Assembly (NCBI GenBank): GCA_050330955.1
Contig: JBHJHJ010000133.1
Coordinates: 1 to 61,801 of the forward strand
DNA: 61,801 nucleotides
Direction: 5' to 3'
DNA from: Elainellaceae cyanobacterium
GTDB taxonomy: Bacteria > Cyanobacteriota > Cyanobacteriia > CAKZMO01
In this document: positions 1 through 8,833 of the stretch, one piece after another
Numbering within the stretch: position 1 is the first letter of the stretch
Layout of the letters: the number at the start of each line of letters is the position of its first letter
Position numbers and translations under genes: made by a program
Notes under the pieces: model-generated
Database searches by the model: none
What the model saw: only the letters and a program-made list of their open reading frames with translations
What the model was told of the DNA's origin: nothing

Positions 1-2
1 AG

Positions 3-89
3 CATCCCCTCAGCGGTCAAGAAACGGTGGCCCTTGACGGCTACATTCGTTCGCGGGCCCTACTCATTCGCGACCTGGTTCAGACTTAA
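3..89 (+). CDS. 3' end of a gene entering from the left edge (hypothetical protein)
   Basis: Frame from nt 3 reads HPLSGQETVALDGYIRSRALLIRDLVQT, stop TAA 87-89, followed by an AT-rich intergenic region. Confidence 0.5.
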   Translation, partial: HPLSGQETVALDGYIRSRALLIRDLVQT

Positions 90-98
90 AGGCCAAAA

Positions 99-135
99 AT
101 AGAAGCCTGAAATAAATATAGAAGCCTGAAATAAA
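99..135. repeat. Tandem 18-bp direct repeat ATAGAAGCCTGAAATAAA x2 (19-bp period), with a degenerate third partial copy
   Basis: Copies at 99-116 and 118-135; GAGGCCCGAAATA follows. Confidence 0.8.
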
Positions 136-300
136 GAGGCCCGAAATAGTGCCTCATGATACAACCAGGATCGTAAACCGATGGAATGTTAAGAGCAATT
201 AACGGTTTGAGGGCGGATCCGGCGGCTCTGCTGATTTGCGTTGAGCGTGGTCCATCCATTACTCTTACACAATCCTAGTGAAACCTGAGTGAGATATCAA

Positions 301-1374
301 ATGACTAAGTGGCGTTCCTTATTTGTGATTACGGCCCTGGCGATCGCGCCTATCGCCTCCTGCGCCTCACCACCAGAAACTACGGCAGAAGGCGGCGAAG
401 AGGGTGAGACTGCTGTAGCAGGAGGATCGCGGCTTCAGACGGTCCTAGATCGCGGTGAGCTGATCTGCGGCGTTGAAGGCAATATTCCCGGCTTTAGTTT
501 CGTGAATGAGAGCGGTGAATATTCTGGTATCGACGTGGACTTCTGCCGCGCCGTGGCTGCTGCTCTGTTCGACGATCCAGAAGCGGTTCAGTACCGTAAC
601 CTAGACTCAACTGAGCGCTTCACGGCGCTATCGAGTGGCGAGGTCGACATGCTCGCCCGCAACACCACCTGGACCACCAGTCGCGATACCTCTGTGGGTC
701 TAGAATTTGCGCCCACGACTTTTTACGATGGTCAGGGCATGATGGTGAGAGCCGATGCCGGCATTGCTGGCTTAGAAGACTTCGGCGGCAAATCAATCTG
801 TGTTGAAACGGGCACAACGACTGAGCTGAACCTGACCGACCAGATGAGCAAACTGGGCGTCGATTTTGAGCCCGTAGTCTTTCAAGACGCGAATGCGGCC
901 TATGCGGCCTACTCGGAAGGCCGCTGCGAGGGCATGACCTCTGATAAATCTCAGCTGATTGCCCGCCGCTCTACCCTGCCCGACCCTGAGGCGCACACGC
1001 TGCTGGAAGTGACTATGTCTAAAGAGCCCCTGGGGCCGGTTACTATCAACAACGACTCCGAGTGGTTTGACGTGGTAAAGTGGGTCACTTTCGCAACGAT
1101 CGAAGCGGAAGAGCTTGAGCTTAGCCAAGACACCGTAGAAGAGGCGCTTAACAGTGAAGACCCGAACATTAGGCGCTTCCTTGGGGTCGAAGGAGAGCTG
1201 GGTGAAGGTCTGGGCATTCCTAATGACTTTGCCTACCGCGTGGTCAGAAATGTCGGCAACTACGGTGAAATCTACGCTCGCAACCTGGGCGAAGATTCCC
1301 AATTCAACCTGTCCCGAGACCAGAATGACCTGTGGACCAACGGCGGATTGCTCTATTCCCCGCCATTCCGCTAG
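301..1374 (+). CDS. natF: Polar amino-acid ABC transporter substrate-binding lipoprotein (AapJ/BztA/NatF type)
   Basis: Lipobox IASC; motifs GIDVDFCRAVAAA, RNTTWT, FYDGQG, SKEPLGP, GGLLYSPPFR; ATG at 301 preferred over GTG 289. Confidence 0.9.
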   Translation: MTKWRSLFVITALAIAPIASCASPPETTAEGGEEGETAVAGGSRLQTVLDRGELICGVEGNIPGFSFVNESGEYSGIDVDFCRAVAAALFDDPEAVQYRNLDSTERFTALSSGEVDMLARNTTWTTSRDTSVGLEFAPTTFYDGQGMMVRADAGIAGLEDFGGKSICVETGTTTELNLTDQMSKLGVDFEPVVFQDANAAYAAYSEGRCEGMTSDKSQLIARRSTLPDPEAHTLLEVTMSKEPLGPVTINNDSEWFDVVKWVTFATIEAEELELSQDTVEEALNSEDPNIRRFLGVEGELGEGLGIPNDFAYRVVRNVGNYGEIYARNLGEDSQFNLSRDQNDLWTNGGLLYSPPFR

Positions 1375-1403
1375 GCCCCTCTAGGTCAGTCCATCACTCA
1401 ATT

Positions 1404-1440
1404 AGGTGGCTAGCGGCTCCAATCGCTGGCCACCTTTTTT
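1404..1440 (+). terminator. Stem-loop with U tract after natF (terminator/mRNA stabiliser)
   Basis: AGGTGGCTAGCG...CGCTGGCCACCT followed by TTTTT. Confidence 0.7.
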
Positions 1441-1641
1441 GGATAGATTCAGCCGTGTCTTCACTAGCGGCAGAGTTAAATTACGTTACAAAGGCAACAT
1501 CCGCGATCGCACCAATGGTGCACGATGTCGTTAACTAGATGATACGGTCACGCCCTGAAGGTCGTCGAACGGGCGTCCCGTTGGCTAGGCCGGGGCCTAG
1601 CGAGCCGAAACACTCGGGCAAACCAGTAGCTGAGCCTAACT

Positions 1642-3042
1642 ATGACCAGCAGTTCCTCAGACTCCAGTAAGGTCTCCCTTTGGCGGGATGAACGATTTTG
1701 GAAGCTTGCATTTCAGGTAATCACCCTTGGGGTGGTTATCGCTGTCCTGTGGCTTCTGGCCACCAACCTGAGTCGAAATATGGCCCGTCAGGGAATCGAC
1801 TTTGGCTTCTCTTTTTTGGAGAATTCGTCGGGCTTTGCCGTAGGTGAAAGCTTAGTTGATCTTCAGCGTCAAGACCCCTACTTTCGAGTGCTACTGGCGG
1901 GATTGGTGAATTCTGTCCGAGCGATCGCAGTGGCCATTGTGCTAACGACTATTGTCGGCATTTTGGCGGGGGTGGCAAGCTTTTCCGACAACTGGCTCGT
2001 CTATAAAATTAGCCGGGCCTATGTGGGCCTCATCCGCAACGTTCCCCTGCTGCTGCAGCTCTTTTTCTGGTATTTTGCCGTGTTCTCTCAGGTGCCCTCG
2101 CCGGAAGAGCAGTTTAGCCTGTTTGGCGCTGTGATTGCTAACAAGCGGGGGCTTTACCTGCCGGGACCTACGCTAAGCGATTCGAACTGGCTGGGCCTGG
2201 TGATGCTGGTGCTGGCCCTGCTGCTGGGAGGGCTGCTGTGGAAGTTAGTCAGCGACGTCCTAAATCCGCCGCCCGGCGTATCGGGTACCATCAAGCGCAT
2301 CGTGTCGGGGGTGATCGCCCTTGCCATTGGGTTAGGGGAGTTATTCTTGATCTTTCGCGGCTTAGTCTTGCTCTCGGACGGCGAATCTGAGGGGTTCAAC
2401 CTCGGTCACGGCGCTTGGCTCCCCGTAATTGTGGTGGCTGCCGTAGTCATGGTGCTGCTGTGGCGCTGGCGAACGAAGACCATTGTGGAGCAGGGGATCT
2501 CGAATCAGTCTAAGACGCTGGGAATTGGCATGGGGGCGATCGCCGTCGTGATTTTGATCATGCTGGTCTTCGGACTGGGGTGGCAGACACCGACTGCGCA
2601 AGACGGTGGCGGTGCGACGGGCGGTTTACGGCTCTCTATTGAGTATGCGGCGGCGGTTACGGCCCTAGTGTTTTATACAGGGGCCTTCATTGCTGAGATT
2701 GTGCGGGGCGGTATTCAGTCTGTCTCTAAAGGGCAGTGGGAAGCGGCTCGCTCCCTGGGGCTGCCGTCGGATTTGGCCATGCGGCTTGTTGTGTTCCCCC
2801 AGGCTCTGCGGGTGATTATTCCGCCTCTGAACAGCGAATACATGAACCTGACCAAGAACTCCAGCCTCGCCTTCGCCATCGGCTACCCCGACCTGTACGC
2901 CATCTCAAATACCACCTACAACCAAACCGGTAAGCCGGTCGAGATCTTTATTATCTTGATTGGCACCTACTTATTGCTGTGTCTGCTGATCTCCGTTAGC
3001 ATGAACCAGCTCAACAACTCTGTTCAGCTTCAGGAGCGTTAA
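1642..3042 (+). CDS. natG: Amino-acid ABC permease (AapQ/NatG type)
   Basis: RNVPLLLQLFFWY; EAA loop AEIVRGGIQSVSKGQWEAARSLGL; KNSSLA. Confidence 0.88.
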   Translation: MTSSSSDSSKVSLWRDERFWKLAFQVITLGVVIAVLWLLATNLSRNMARQGIDFGFSFLENSSGFAVGESLVDLQRQDPYFRVLLAGLVNSVRAIAVAIVLTTIVGILAGVASFSDNWLVYKISRAYVGLIRNVPLLLQLFFWYFAVFSQVPSPEEQFSLFGAVIANKRGLYLPGPTLSDSNWLGLVMLVLALLLGGLLWKLVSDVLNPPPGVSGTIKRIVSGVIALAIGLGELFLIFRGLVLLSDGESEGFNLGHGAWLPVIVVAAVVMVLLWRWRTKTIVEQGISNQSKTLGIGMGAIAVVILIMLVFGLGWQTPTAQDGGGATGGLRLSIEYAAAVTALVFYTGAFIAEIVRGGIQSVSKGQWEAARSLGLPSDLAMRLVVFPQALRVIIPPLNSEYMNLTKNSSLAFAIGYPDLYAISNTTYNQTGKPVEIFIILIGTYLLLCLLISVSMNQLNNSVQLQER

Positions 3043-3044
3043 GC

Positions 3045-4295
3045 ATGACCACTGCAACCCCCGACCAGGTCTCCTCAGCGCCGCCTAAATCTTCTTCACC
3101 CGGCCCTGTTGAATGGCTGCGGGAAAACCTGTTTAGCAGCTGGTTCAATACACTGCTGACGATTGTAGTGGTAGCGATTTTGGCGATCGCTATCTGGAGC
3201 TTGGTGGGCTGGGCCTTCACTGCGGCGCAGTGGCGGGTCATTCCAAATAACCTGGGCCTATTTATGACGGGCCTCTATCCCCGAGAAGCATACTGGCGCA
3301 TATGGACTCTGTTTGGCTTGGTTGTGACCCTGGCGGGGATTAGCTGGGGGGTGCTGACGCGTAACTCGGCTAAGCTCCTGGCCCGCCCTATGCTGATTGT
3401 CTTGGGAGCGATGTGCGCCATCATCATCATCATTCCGGCGCTGTTCGGATCAGAAGAAACGCCAGCGCTGCTCACTCCGCTAAGCGCTACGGTCCTAGTT
3501 GGGCTAGTGGCGATTACCGTTGCTGCGGCCTTCGTCGGTCGCACGGTTACGCAGAACTCCCCGGGTCTAGCGCAGTGGCTGCCTCTGGCCTGGTTTATCG
3601 CTTACATCGCGGCGCTGTGGCTCGTCGGCGGAGGTCTGGGTCTAGAAGGGGTTGGAACGAACGACTGGGGCGGGCTGGTATTAACGCTGCTCCTGGCCAT
3701 TACTGGTATTGCCCTTTGCTTCCCAATTGGCGTTGTGCTAGCCCTGGGTCGACGCAGCACCCTGCCCGTCGTGCGCTGGCTCTCAGTGGCCTATATCGAG
3801 CTGGTGCGAGGGACGCCGCTGATTGCCATCCTGTTCATGGGTCAGGTGATGATCCCGCTCTTCTTGCCTGAAGGACTGCGCCCTGACCGGATCATTCGCG
3901 CCGTCATTGCCTTGACGCTGTTCAGCTCCGCCTACCTGGCGGAAAACGTTCGCGCAGGTCTCCAATCCGTGCCCCGTGGTCAGACCGAAGCCGCTATTTC
4001 CCTCGGCCTCAACAAGCCGCTGACGGTGGCCTTTATTGTGCTGCCCCAGGCGCTGAAGACGGCGATTCCAGCGATCGTCGGCCAGTTTATCAGCCTGTTT
4101 CAGGACACCACGCTATTGGCGACCTTGGGACTGATTGAGCTGCTGGGTATTAGTCAGTCGGTGTTGGCTAACCCCAATTATTTGGGCCGCTACGCTGAAG
4201 TCTACCTATTCATCGGCGTCATCTACTGGTTTTTCTGCTATGCCATGTCTCTAGGCAGCCGTTATGTCGAGCAGCAGCTCAACACGGGGCATTAG
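3045..4295 (+). CDS. natH: Amino-acid ABC permease (AapM/NatH type)
   Basis: WLRENLFSSWFN, WGGLVLT, YIELVRGTPLI, AENVRAGLQSVPRGQTEAA. Confidence 0.88.
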   Translation: MTTATPDQVSSAPPKSSSPGPVEWLRENLFSSWFNTLLTIVVVAILAIAIWSLVGWAFTAAQWRVIPNNLGLFMTGLYPREAYWRIWTLFGLVVTLAGISWGVLTRNSAKLLARPMLIVLGAMCAIIIIIPALFGSEETPALLTPLSATVLVGLVAITVAAAFVGRTVTQNSPGLAQWLPLAWFIAYIAALWLVGGGLGLEGVGTNDWGGLVLTLLLAITGIALCFPIGVVLALGRRSTLPVVRWLSVAYIELVRGTPLIAILFMGQVMIPLFLPEGLRPDRIIRAVIALTLFSSAYLAENVRAGLQSVPRGQTEAAISLGLNKPLTVAFIVLPQALKTAIPAIVGQFISLFQDTTLLATLGLIELLGISQSVLANPNYLGRYAEVYLFIGVIYWFFCYAMSLGSRYVEQQLNTGH

Positions 4296-4366
4296 CAAAA
4301 GCGTCGCCAGTGCTCACTTTCTTAACCCACTCCGATTGAAGTCACATTTAGAAAAGCATAAATTCC

Positions 4367-5155
4367 ATGGCTCATACAGACACCGAAACCTATACCGAGA
4401 CGAAGGCCGAGCAGAACGGTAGGGGTACCCCTATGATTGTCGCCTCAGACGTCGAAAAGTGGTATGGCACTTTCCATGTTCTAAAAGGGGTTGATCTCAC
4501 CGTGAATCGGGGTGAAGTGGTGGTGGTGATGGGGCCATCGGGCTCAGGTAAATCCACCTTTATCCGCACCTTCAACGCCCTCGAAACCTACCAGAAGGGC
4601 AGCATCGTCATCGACGGCGTCAAGATCTCCCACGACCTAAAAGACATCGAGAAGATTCGCCGGGAAGTCGGCATGGTGTTCCAGCAGTTCAATCTCTTCC
4701 CACACCTCACCGTGCTGAAAAACGTGACCCTGGCCCCCATCTGGGTGCGCCACTGGAATAAGGCTAAGGCTGAGGAGGAGGCGATGCGCCTATTGGAGCG
4801 GGTCGGTATCCTAGAGCAGGCCAAGAAGTTTCCGGGGCAGCTCTCTGGGGGGCAGCAGCAGCGGGTGGCTATAGCCCGCGCCCTGGCGATGAAGCCGAAG
4901 GTGATGCTGTTTGATGAGCCCACCTCTGCACTCGATCCCGAGATGGTGCGGGAGGTGCTGGACGTGATGCGAGGTCTGGCTGACGAGGGCATGACCATGG
5001 TGGTGGTGACCCACGAGGTGGGCTTTGCTCGCGAGGTGGCGGACCGGGTGGTGCTGATGGACGGCGGCGTTTTAGTTGAGGATGCGCCTCCCGGAGAATT
5101 CTTTACCAATCCCAAAGAGGATCGTTCGAAGAAGTTCCTGTCGCAAATTCTTTAA
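4367..5155 (+). CDS. bgtA: Polar amino-acid ABC ATPase (AapP/BgtA type)
   Basis: Walker [18 protein letters not shown], Walker [12 protein letters not shown]; last gene of the operon. Confidence 0.88.
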   Translation: MAHTDTETYTETKAEQNGRGTPMIVASDVEKWYGTFHVLKGVDLTVNRGEVVVVMGPSGSGKSTFIRTFNALETYQKGSIVIDGVKISHDLKDIEKIRREVGMVFQQFNLFPHLTVLKNVTLAPIWVRHWNKAKAEEEAMRLLERVGILEQAKKFPGQLSGGQQQRVAIARALAMKPKVMLFDEPTSALDPEMVREVLDVMRGLADEGMTMVVVTHEVGFAREVADRVVLMDGGVLVEDAPPGEFFTNPKEDRSKKFLSQIL

Positions 5156-5169
5156 GCACCTGGCCTAGA

Positions 5170-6174
5170 TTATGTCTCAAGCGGTGGTGGAGGGCTAGGT
5201 GCCACTGCATCCCAGCTGCCGGTGTGCTCTAGAAACGGAGAATATTCTCCGAACTGAAACCGAAAAGGCAGGCTTGCCAATACCCGTATCCAGCGGTCGA
5301 CGCGAATGCGAACGAGCCGCTCTGCTCCCTGAAAGCCATCCACCTCCGGCCCATTCCAAACGACGCTAGCCTGCCCTGTGAGGTAGAGCAGGTCACCAGT
5401 GTTGAAGTCAATGAACGTCAGCCCAGCTTTGCTGGTGAGCAGGATATTTCCCACTGTGTTGTAGTGGTAGTTGCCCGTGAAGTCCGGAAAAACCAGCGTT
5501 CGATCCTCCTCAACTCGAACGAATCCAGGTTTTCCGCCCCGGTGGGAGGCGTCTGCCCCGAGAGCGGGGCTGTCTTCTCCAGGGGTATAGCTGGTGGCGA
5601 TGAACAGGGTATCGGCCTGGGAAATTAGGCGGCGGGCGTCATGATCTAGGCTTTGGCCTTGGAGGATTTCTCGCTCCTGCTGAGGCCTATAGATGTCTGA
5701 CAAAACGTCAAACTCTCGCGTTTGAATGTATTGGGGGCAGTTGCCAAACGCCTGTAGGATCGACACTGTGATTCCAGTCTTGTCTACCGCACTCAGGCGC
5801 CCGGTGAGGCGATTTCGGCGACGATTGGCGGGCAAGATCCCTAAGATGCCAATGTCGGCCCCTACCCTGAGATGTTCTGAGAGGGGAGAGCCAAATAGAG
5901 GCTGCGTTGCAATATGCAGATGATGCGGGTCAGGCGAGGTGATGAACCCGGGCGGTCCAGTGAGGATAGAGGCCCAGGGATAGCCCTGATTGTCGGTGGT
6001 ACCGATAATCAAGAAGGGTAGCAGGGCATAGAATGCACGATGCTGCTCAGGCATGTAATCCCGAATGACCCTGCGGCCAAAGGTTTCCATCTTCTCCCGC
6101 ACCCCCATCCGGGCCTGCACAGCTTGTTCGCCAGCGTGAAAAGGGGATTCGGCTCGGGTCCAACCTGAATTCAT
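5170..6174 (-). CDS. Pyridoxamine 5'-phosphate oxidase-like FMN-binding protein (duplicated split barrel)
   Basis: SPFHAGEQAVQ, RRRNRLTG, AFGNCPQYIQ, DASHRGGKPGFV, FPDFTGN. Confidence 0.85.
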   Translation of the reverse strand: MNSGWTRAESPFHAGEQAVQARMGVREKMETFGRRVIRDYMPEQHRAFYALLPFLIIGTTDNQGYPWASILTGPPGFITSPDPHHLHIATQPLFGSPLSEHLRVGADIGILGILPANRRRNRLTGRLSAVDKTGITVSILQAFGNCPQYIQTREFDVLSDIYRPQQEREILQGQSLDHDARRLISQADTLFIATSYTPGEDSPALGADASHRGGKPGFVRVEEDRTLVFPDFTGNYHYNTVGNILLTSKAGLTFIDFNTGDLLYLTGQASVVWNGPEVDGFQGAERLVRIRVDRWIRVLASLPFRFQFGEYSPFLEHTGSWDAVAPSPPPPLET

Positions 6175-6390
6175 GACGATTCCTCTGCTGATAAGCAACT
6201 AAAGCAATTGTAGAAACTCCGCTGCAGTATAGTCTTAGTGCCAGTTAAATTTATTGTGTGCGTCAACAAAACTGGTGCCCGTTCAAAGTTGCGGGTAATC
6301 TACGACCAATCTCTTTAATATAGAGATGGGTTTTATAGTGATGAATTTTTCAAGTTTAGTTTTGTAGCCTAGCCTCCTTGGACAGCACCC

Positions 6391-6801
6391 GTGAGTCATC
6401 CTACTCAAATTCCACTACCCTTTTTTGACGCTGGTCAAGGCAGCTCCGAAGGCGAGGCCAGAGAGGACGTCAAAAGCGATCGCCTCCTGCGCCCCGGGCA
6501 CACCTTTTCCAGCCCGGGCGGCCACTTTACCTACCGGGTTGTGGGTCCCTGCTGTCGCCTGTTCGACCGCGAAGAACTTCCTTGGCCCTGTTGCCGTCTT
6601 CAGTGGCGCAGCAAAGAGCCAAGCTGGCGGCGGGTGGGGCGGCGCTTTGTACCCGATATTGCAGCAAAGCGATCGCCGTCTTACCAAGTCGAAATTCTCA
6701 ATCCAGAGTATCCCACCGACCCTATGGTGCTGACGATGTACTGGATTAAGCTTTCGCCCGACGAGCAGCAGTGGTGGTATGCCAAAGTTCGGGCTCGATA
6801 G
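6391..6801 (+). CDS. Conserved cyanobacterial hypothetical protein
   Basis: Cys/Trp-rich motif GPCCRLFDREELPWPCCRLQWRSKEPSWRR; GTG start. Confidence 0.7.
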   Translation: MSHPTQIPLPFFDAGQGSSEGEAREDVKSDRLLRPGHTFSSPGGHFTYRVVGPCCRLFDREELPWPCCRLQWRSKEPSWRRVGRRFVPDIAAKRSPSYQVEILNPEYPTDPMVLTMYWIKLSPDEQQWWYAKVRAR

Positions 6802-7327
6802 CTGCGACTTGGCTTGGGGCTGCTGCGCACAGCAGGGTGGTGGGATAAACTGCAAACCCCCAGCTGGGATGGCAGATGCAGGCACAAGTGCCTTCACGCA
6901 CCGCCCGATACCCCAGCAGCGCTTGAACCACGGCAACATCGTCTAGGGACTTTCCAGGGATCCCAGCCGCCGGTAGCCCCGTTTTTGGATCAAATAGCGC
7001 AGCTCGGTAGCCCTGGTTCTGCAAAGCTGTCTGGACCCGATTGCCCAAAACCAGGGCGCGATCGCGCAGCTGCACCTTACTGGCTTCAGCAGATGCTGAC
7101 AGGGCCATGAGCGGCTGGGGCGCTTTTTGAAGCAGCAGAATAACGGAGCCAACAGGCTCTAGCCAATCTGGCAGAAGGTGAGGCCAGTGGCGATCGATGT
7201 ACGGCGTCGGCGGGTGAACAGACCACTCAAGCCCGCTGCGATCGCGCCAGCCGGCAGGCTTGTCAAGCCCCACAGGGCCTTGACGCCGTGACTCCTGCGG
7301 CACTACCGCCGGCCAAACGGACAACAT
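6746..7327 (-). CDS. MMADHC/CblD-like (methylmalonic aciduria type D family) protein
   Basis: FDPKTGLP, DDVAVVQALLGY, C-terminal HPSWGFAVYPTTL; starts 7 bp after msrB. Confidence 0.65.
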   Translation of the reverse strand: MLSVWPAVVPQESRRQGPVGLDKPAGWRDRSGLEWSVHPPTPYIDRHWPHLLPDWLEPVGSVILLLQKAPQPLMALSASAEASKVQLRDRALVLGNRVQTALQNQGYRAALFDPKTGLPAAGIPGKSLDDVAVVQALLGYRAVREGTCACICHPSWGFAVYPTTLLCAAAPSQVAAIEPELWHTTTAARRAKA

Positions 7328-7333
7328 GAAGGG

Positions 7334-7741
7334 CTACTGGTCAGACGGCTGATTTGGCTCAAAGGTCAGGGAGGCCGAGTTCATGCAGTAGCGCTGTCCA
7401 GTGGGGCGGGGACCATCTGGAAAGACGTGCCCCAAATGGGCGTCACAGTTGGCGCACAGCACCTCGGTGCGCTTCATAAACAGACTTCTGTCTTCCTCAA
7501 GCGCGACGTTATCTTCCTCCACCGGGGCCCAAAAGCTCGGCCAGCCCGTACCGGAATCATACTTTGCTTCAGAGCTGAACAGCGGTGTACCGCAGCAGAC
7601 GCAGGTATAGGTGCCCTCTGCCTTATTGTCCCAGTACTCGCCTGTGAAAGCCCGCTCAGTCCCCTTTTTGCGCGTCACACGGAACTGCTCTGGCGTGAGC
7701 TGCTGCTGCCAATCCTGCTCGCTTTTTTGAACCTTTTCCAT
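7334..7741 (-). CDS. msrB: Peptide-methionine (R)-S-oxide reductase
   Basis: [35 protein letters not shown]. Confidence 0.97.
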   Translation of the reverse strand: MEKVQKSEQDWQQQLTPEQFRVTRKKGTERAFTGEYWDNKAEGTYTCVCCGTPLFSSEAKYDSGTGWPSFWAPVEEDNVALEEDRSLFMKRTEVLCANCDAHLGHVFPDGPRPTGQRYCMNSASLTFEPNQPSDQ

Positions 7742-7822
7742 TCGCTTTATGTCCTAACATCCTGCTTCATTTTAACGCTAGGCGCTAGGCGTGTGATTTA
7801 ACCGGGGCTTCGCGGCTTTAGG

Positions 7823-8539
7823 CTACGCTGGCGTACGGGCCATCACGCTAGGCTCGCTGAGCTCGACATTGAAGCGGTAGCCTACGTTGCGGACCGTTTG
7901 GATTAGATTTGGCTGGCGGGGTTCGGCTTCGATCTTCTTACGCAAGGAAAGGACGTGGGTATCGACGGTGCGGTGGTTGTCGATGGCGTCTGGCCAGGCC
8001 CGCTGCAGCAGTTCAGAGCGCGTCAGCGGCGCGCCGTTGGCCTGGGCAAGGACATACAGAAGGCTAAATTCTTGAGGCGTCAGATCAATATACGTGTTGT
8101 TTAGGCAGACCCGCCGCTGGATCAGGTCAATTGTGAGGGCACCGTAGTCCAGCATTGCAGGAGCTGCTGTAGGACGGCAGCGGCGGGTGAGCGCATCGAC
8201 CCGCGCCAAAAATTCCTGCATGCCGAAAGGCTTGGTCAAGTAGTCGTCTGCCCCGGCTCTGAGACCGGCAACCACATCAGATTCGGCGGTGCGAGCAGAT
8301 AAAATAAGAATCAGCGACTGGGTCTGCGGGCGGAGCCACCGGCAGAACTCGATGCCGTCACCATCGGGCATGTCGGAGTCCATCACGATGAGTTTGGGCT
8401 GCGAGAGGTTGGCGACGGTTTTCGCTTGCTGTAGCCCTGCTGTTTGGTGAACGACGAAGCCCACTTGCTGAAGATGCCAGCTCAATAGCGATCGCAGGTG
8501 CGGGTTACCTTGAATAATCTGAATCTCGATGGCGTTCAC
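7823..8539 (-). CDS. nrrA: Nitrogen-regulated OmpR-family response regulator NrrA/Rre37
   Basis: GNPHLRSLLSWHLQQ receiver N-terminus, GADDYLTKPF, winged helix RTVDTHVLSLRKK...TVRNVGY; NtcA promoter directly upstream; GTG 8539 taken as start. Confidence 0.82.
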   Translation of the reverse strand: MNAIEIQIIQGNPHLRSLLSWHLQQVGFVVHQTAGLQQAKTVANLSQPKLIVMDSDMPDGDGIEFCRWLRPQTQSLILILSARTAESDVVAGLRAGADDYLTKPFGMQEFLARVDALTRRCRPTAAPAMLDYGALTIDLIQRRVCLNNTYIDLTPQEFSLLYVLAQANGAPLTRSELLQRAWPDAIDNHRTVDTHVLSLRKKIEAEPRQPNLIQTVRNVGYRFNVELSEPSVMARTPA

Positions 8540-8571
8540 AATGACCAATGTCTTTGCTGATAGTGAAGACA

Positions 8572-8613
8572 AGCGTATCAAAGCGTTTGTCAAGATTTTG
8601 TAACAAAAGCTAC
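8572..8613 (-). promoter_or_regulatory. Canonical NtcA-activated (class II) promoter of nrrA
   Basis: GTA-N8-TAC box at 8600-8613 (GTAGCTTTTGTTAC on minus strand), then exactly 22 nt, then -10 TACGCT (TAN3T, 8577-8572). Confidence 0.88.
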
Positions 8614-8833
8614 CCATTGCTAATGGCATCGCAGTCCAGCTTCTCAATGTGGCATTGGTGTAGCGGCCTGGTCGTCAGCCCCTAGCATAAGATTTATGCC
8701 GTGAAAGCTCATGCTGTGAAAGCTAATATGGAGATGAATAGTGCTCAGGGTCATCTCTTAGTATGGGCAAGCTGCCCCGGCTTTTTTTGATGTTGCCAGT
8801 TATCTCCTGCTGATTGTCACTTACGGTGAGCAC

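Noticed and set aside
149-190. Possible NtcA box GTG-N8-TAC upstream of natF
   Set aside because: Mismatch in the left arm and no TAN3T at the 22-nt spacing; too weak to call
8701-8724. GTGAAAGCT direct repeat upstream of the cyclase gene
   Set aside because: Only two 9-mers and no recognised regulator; could be chance
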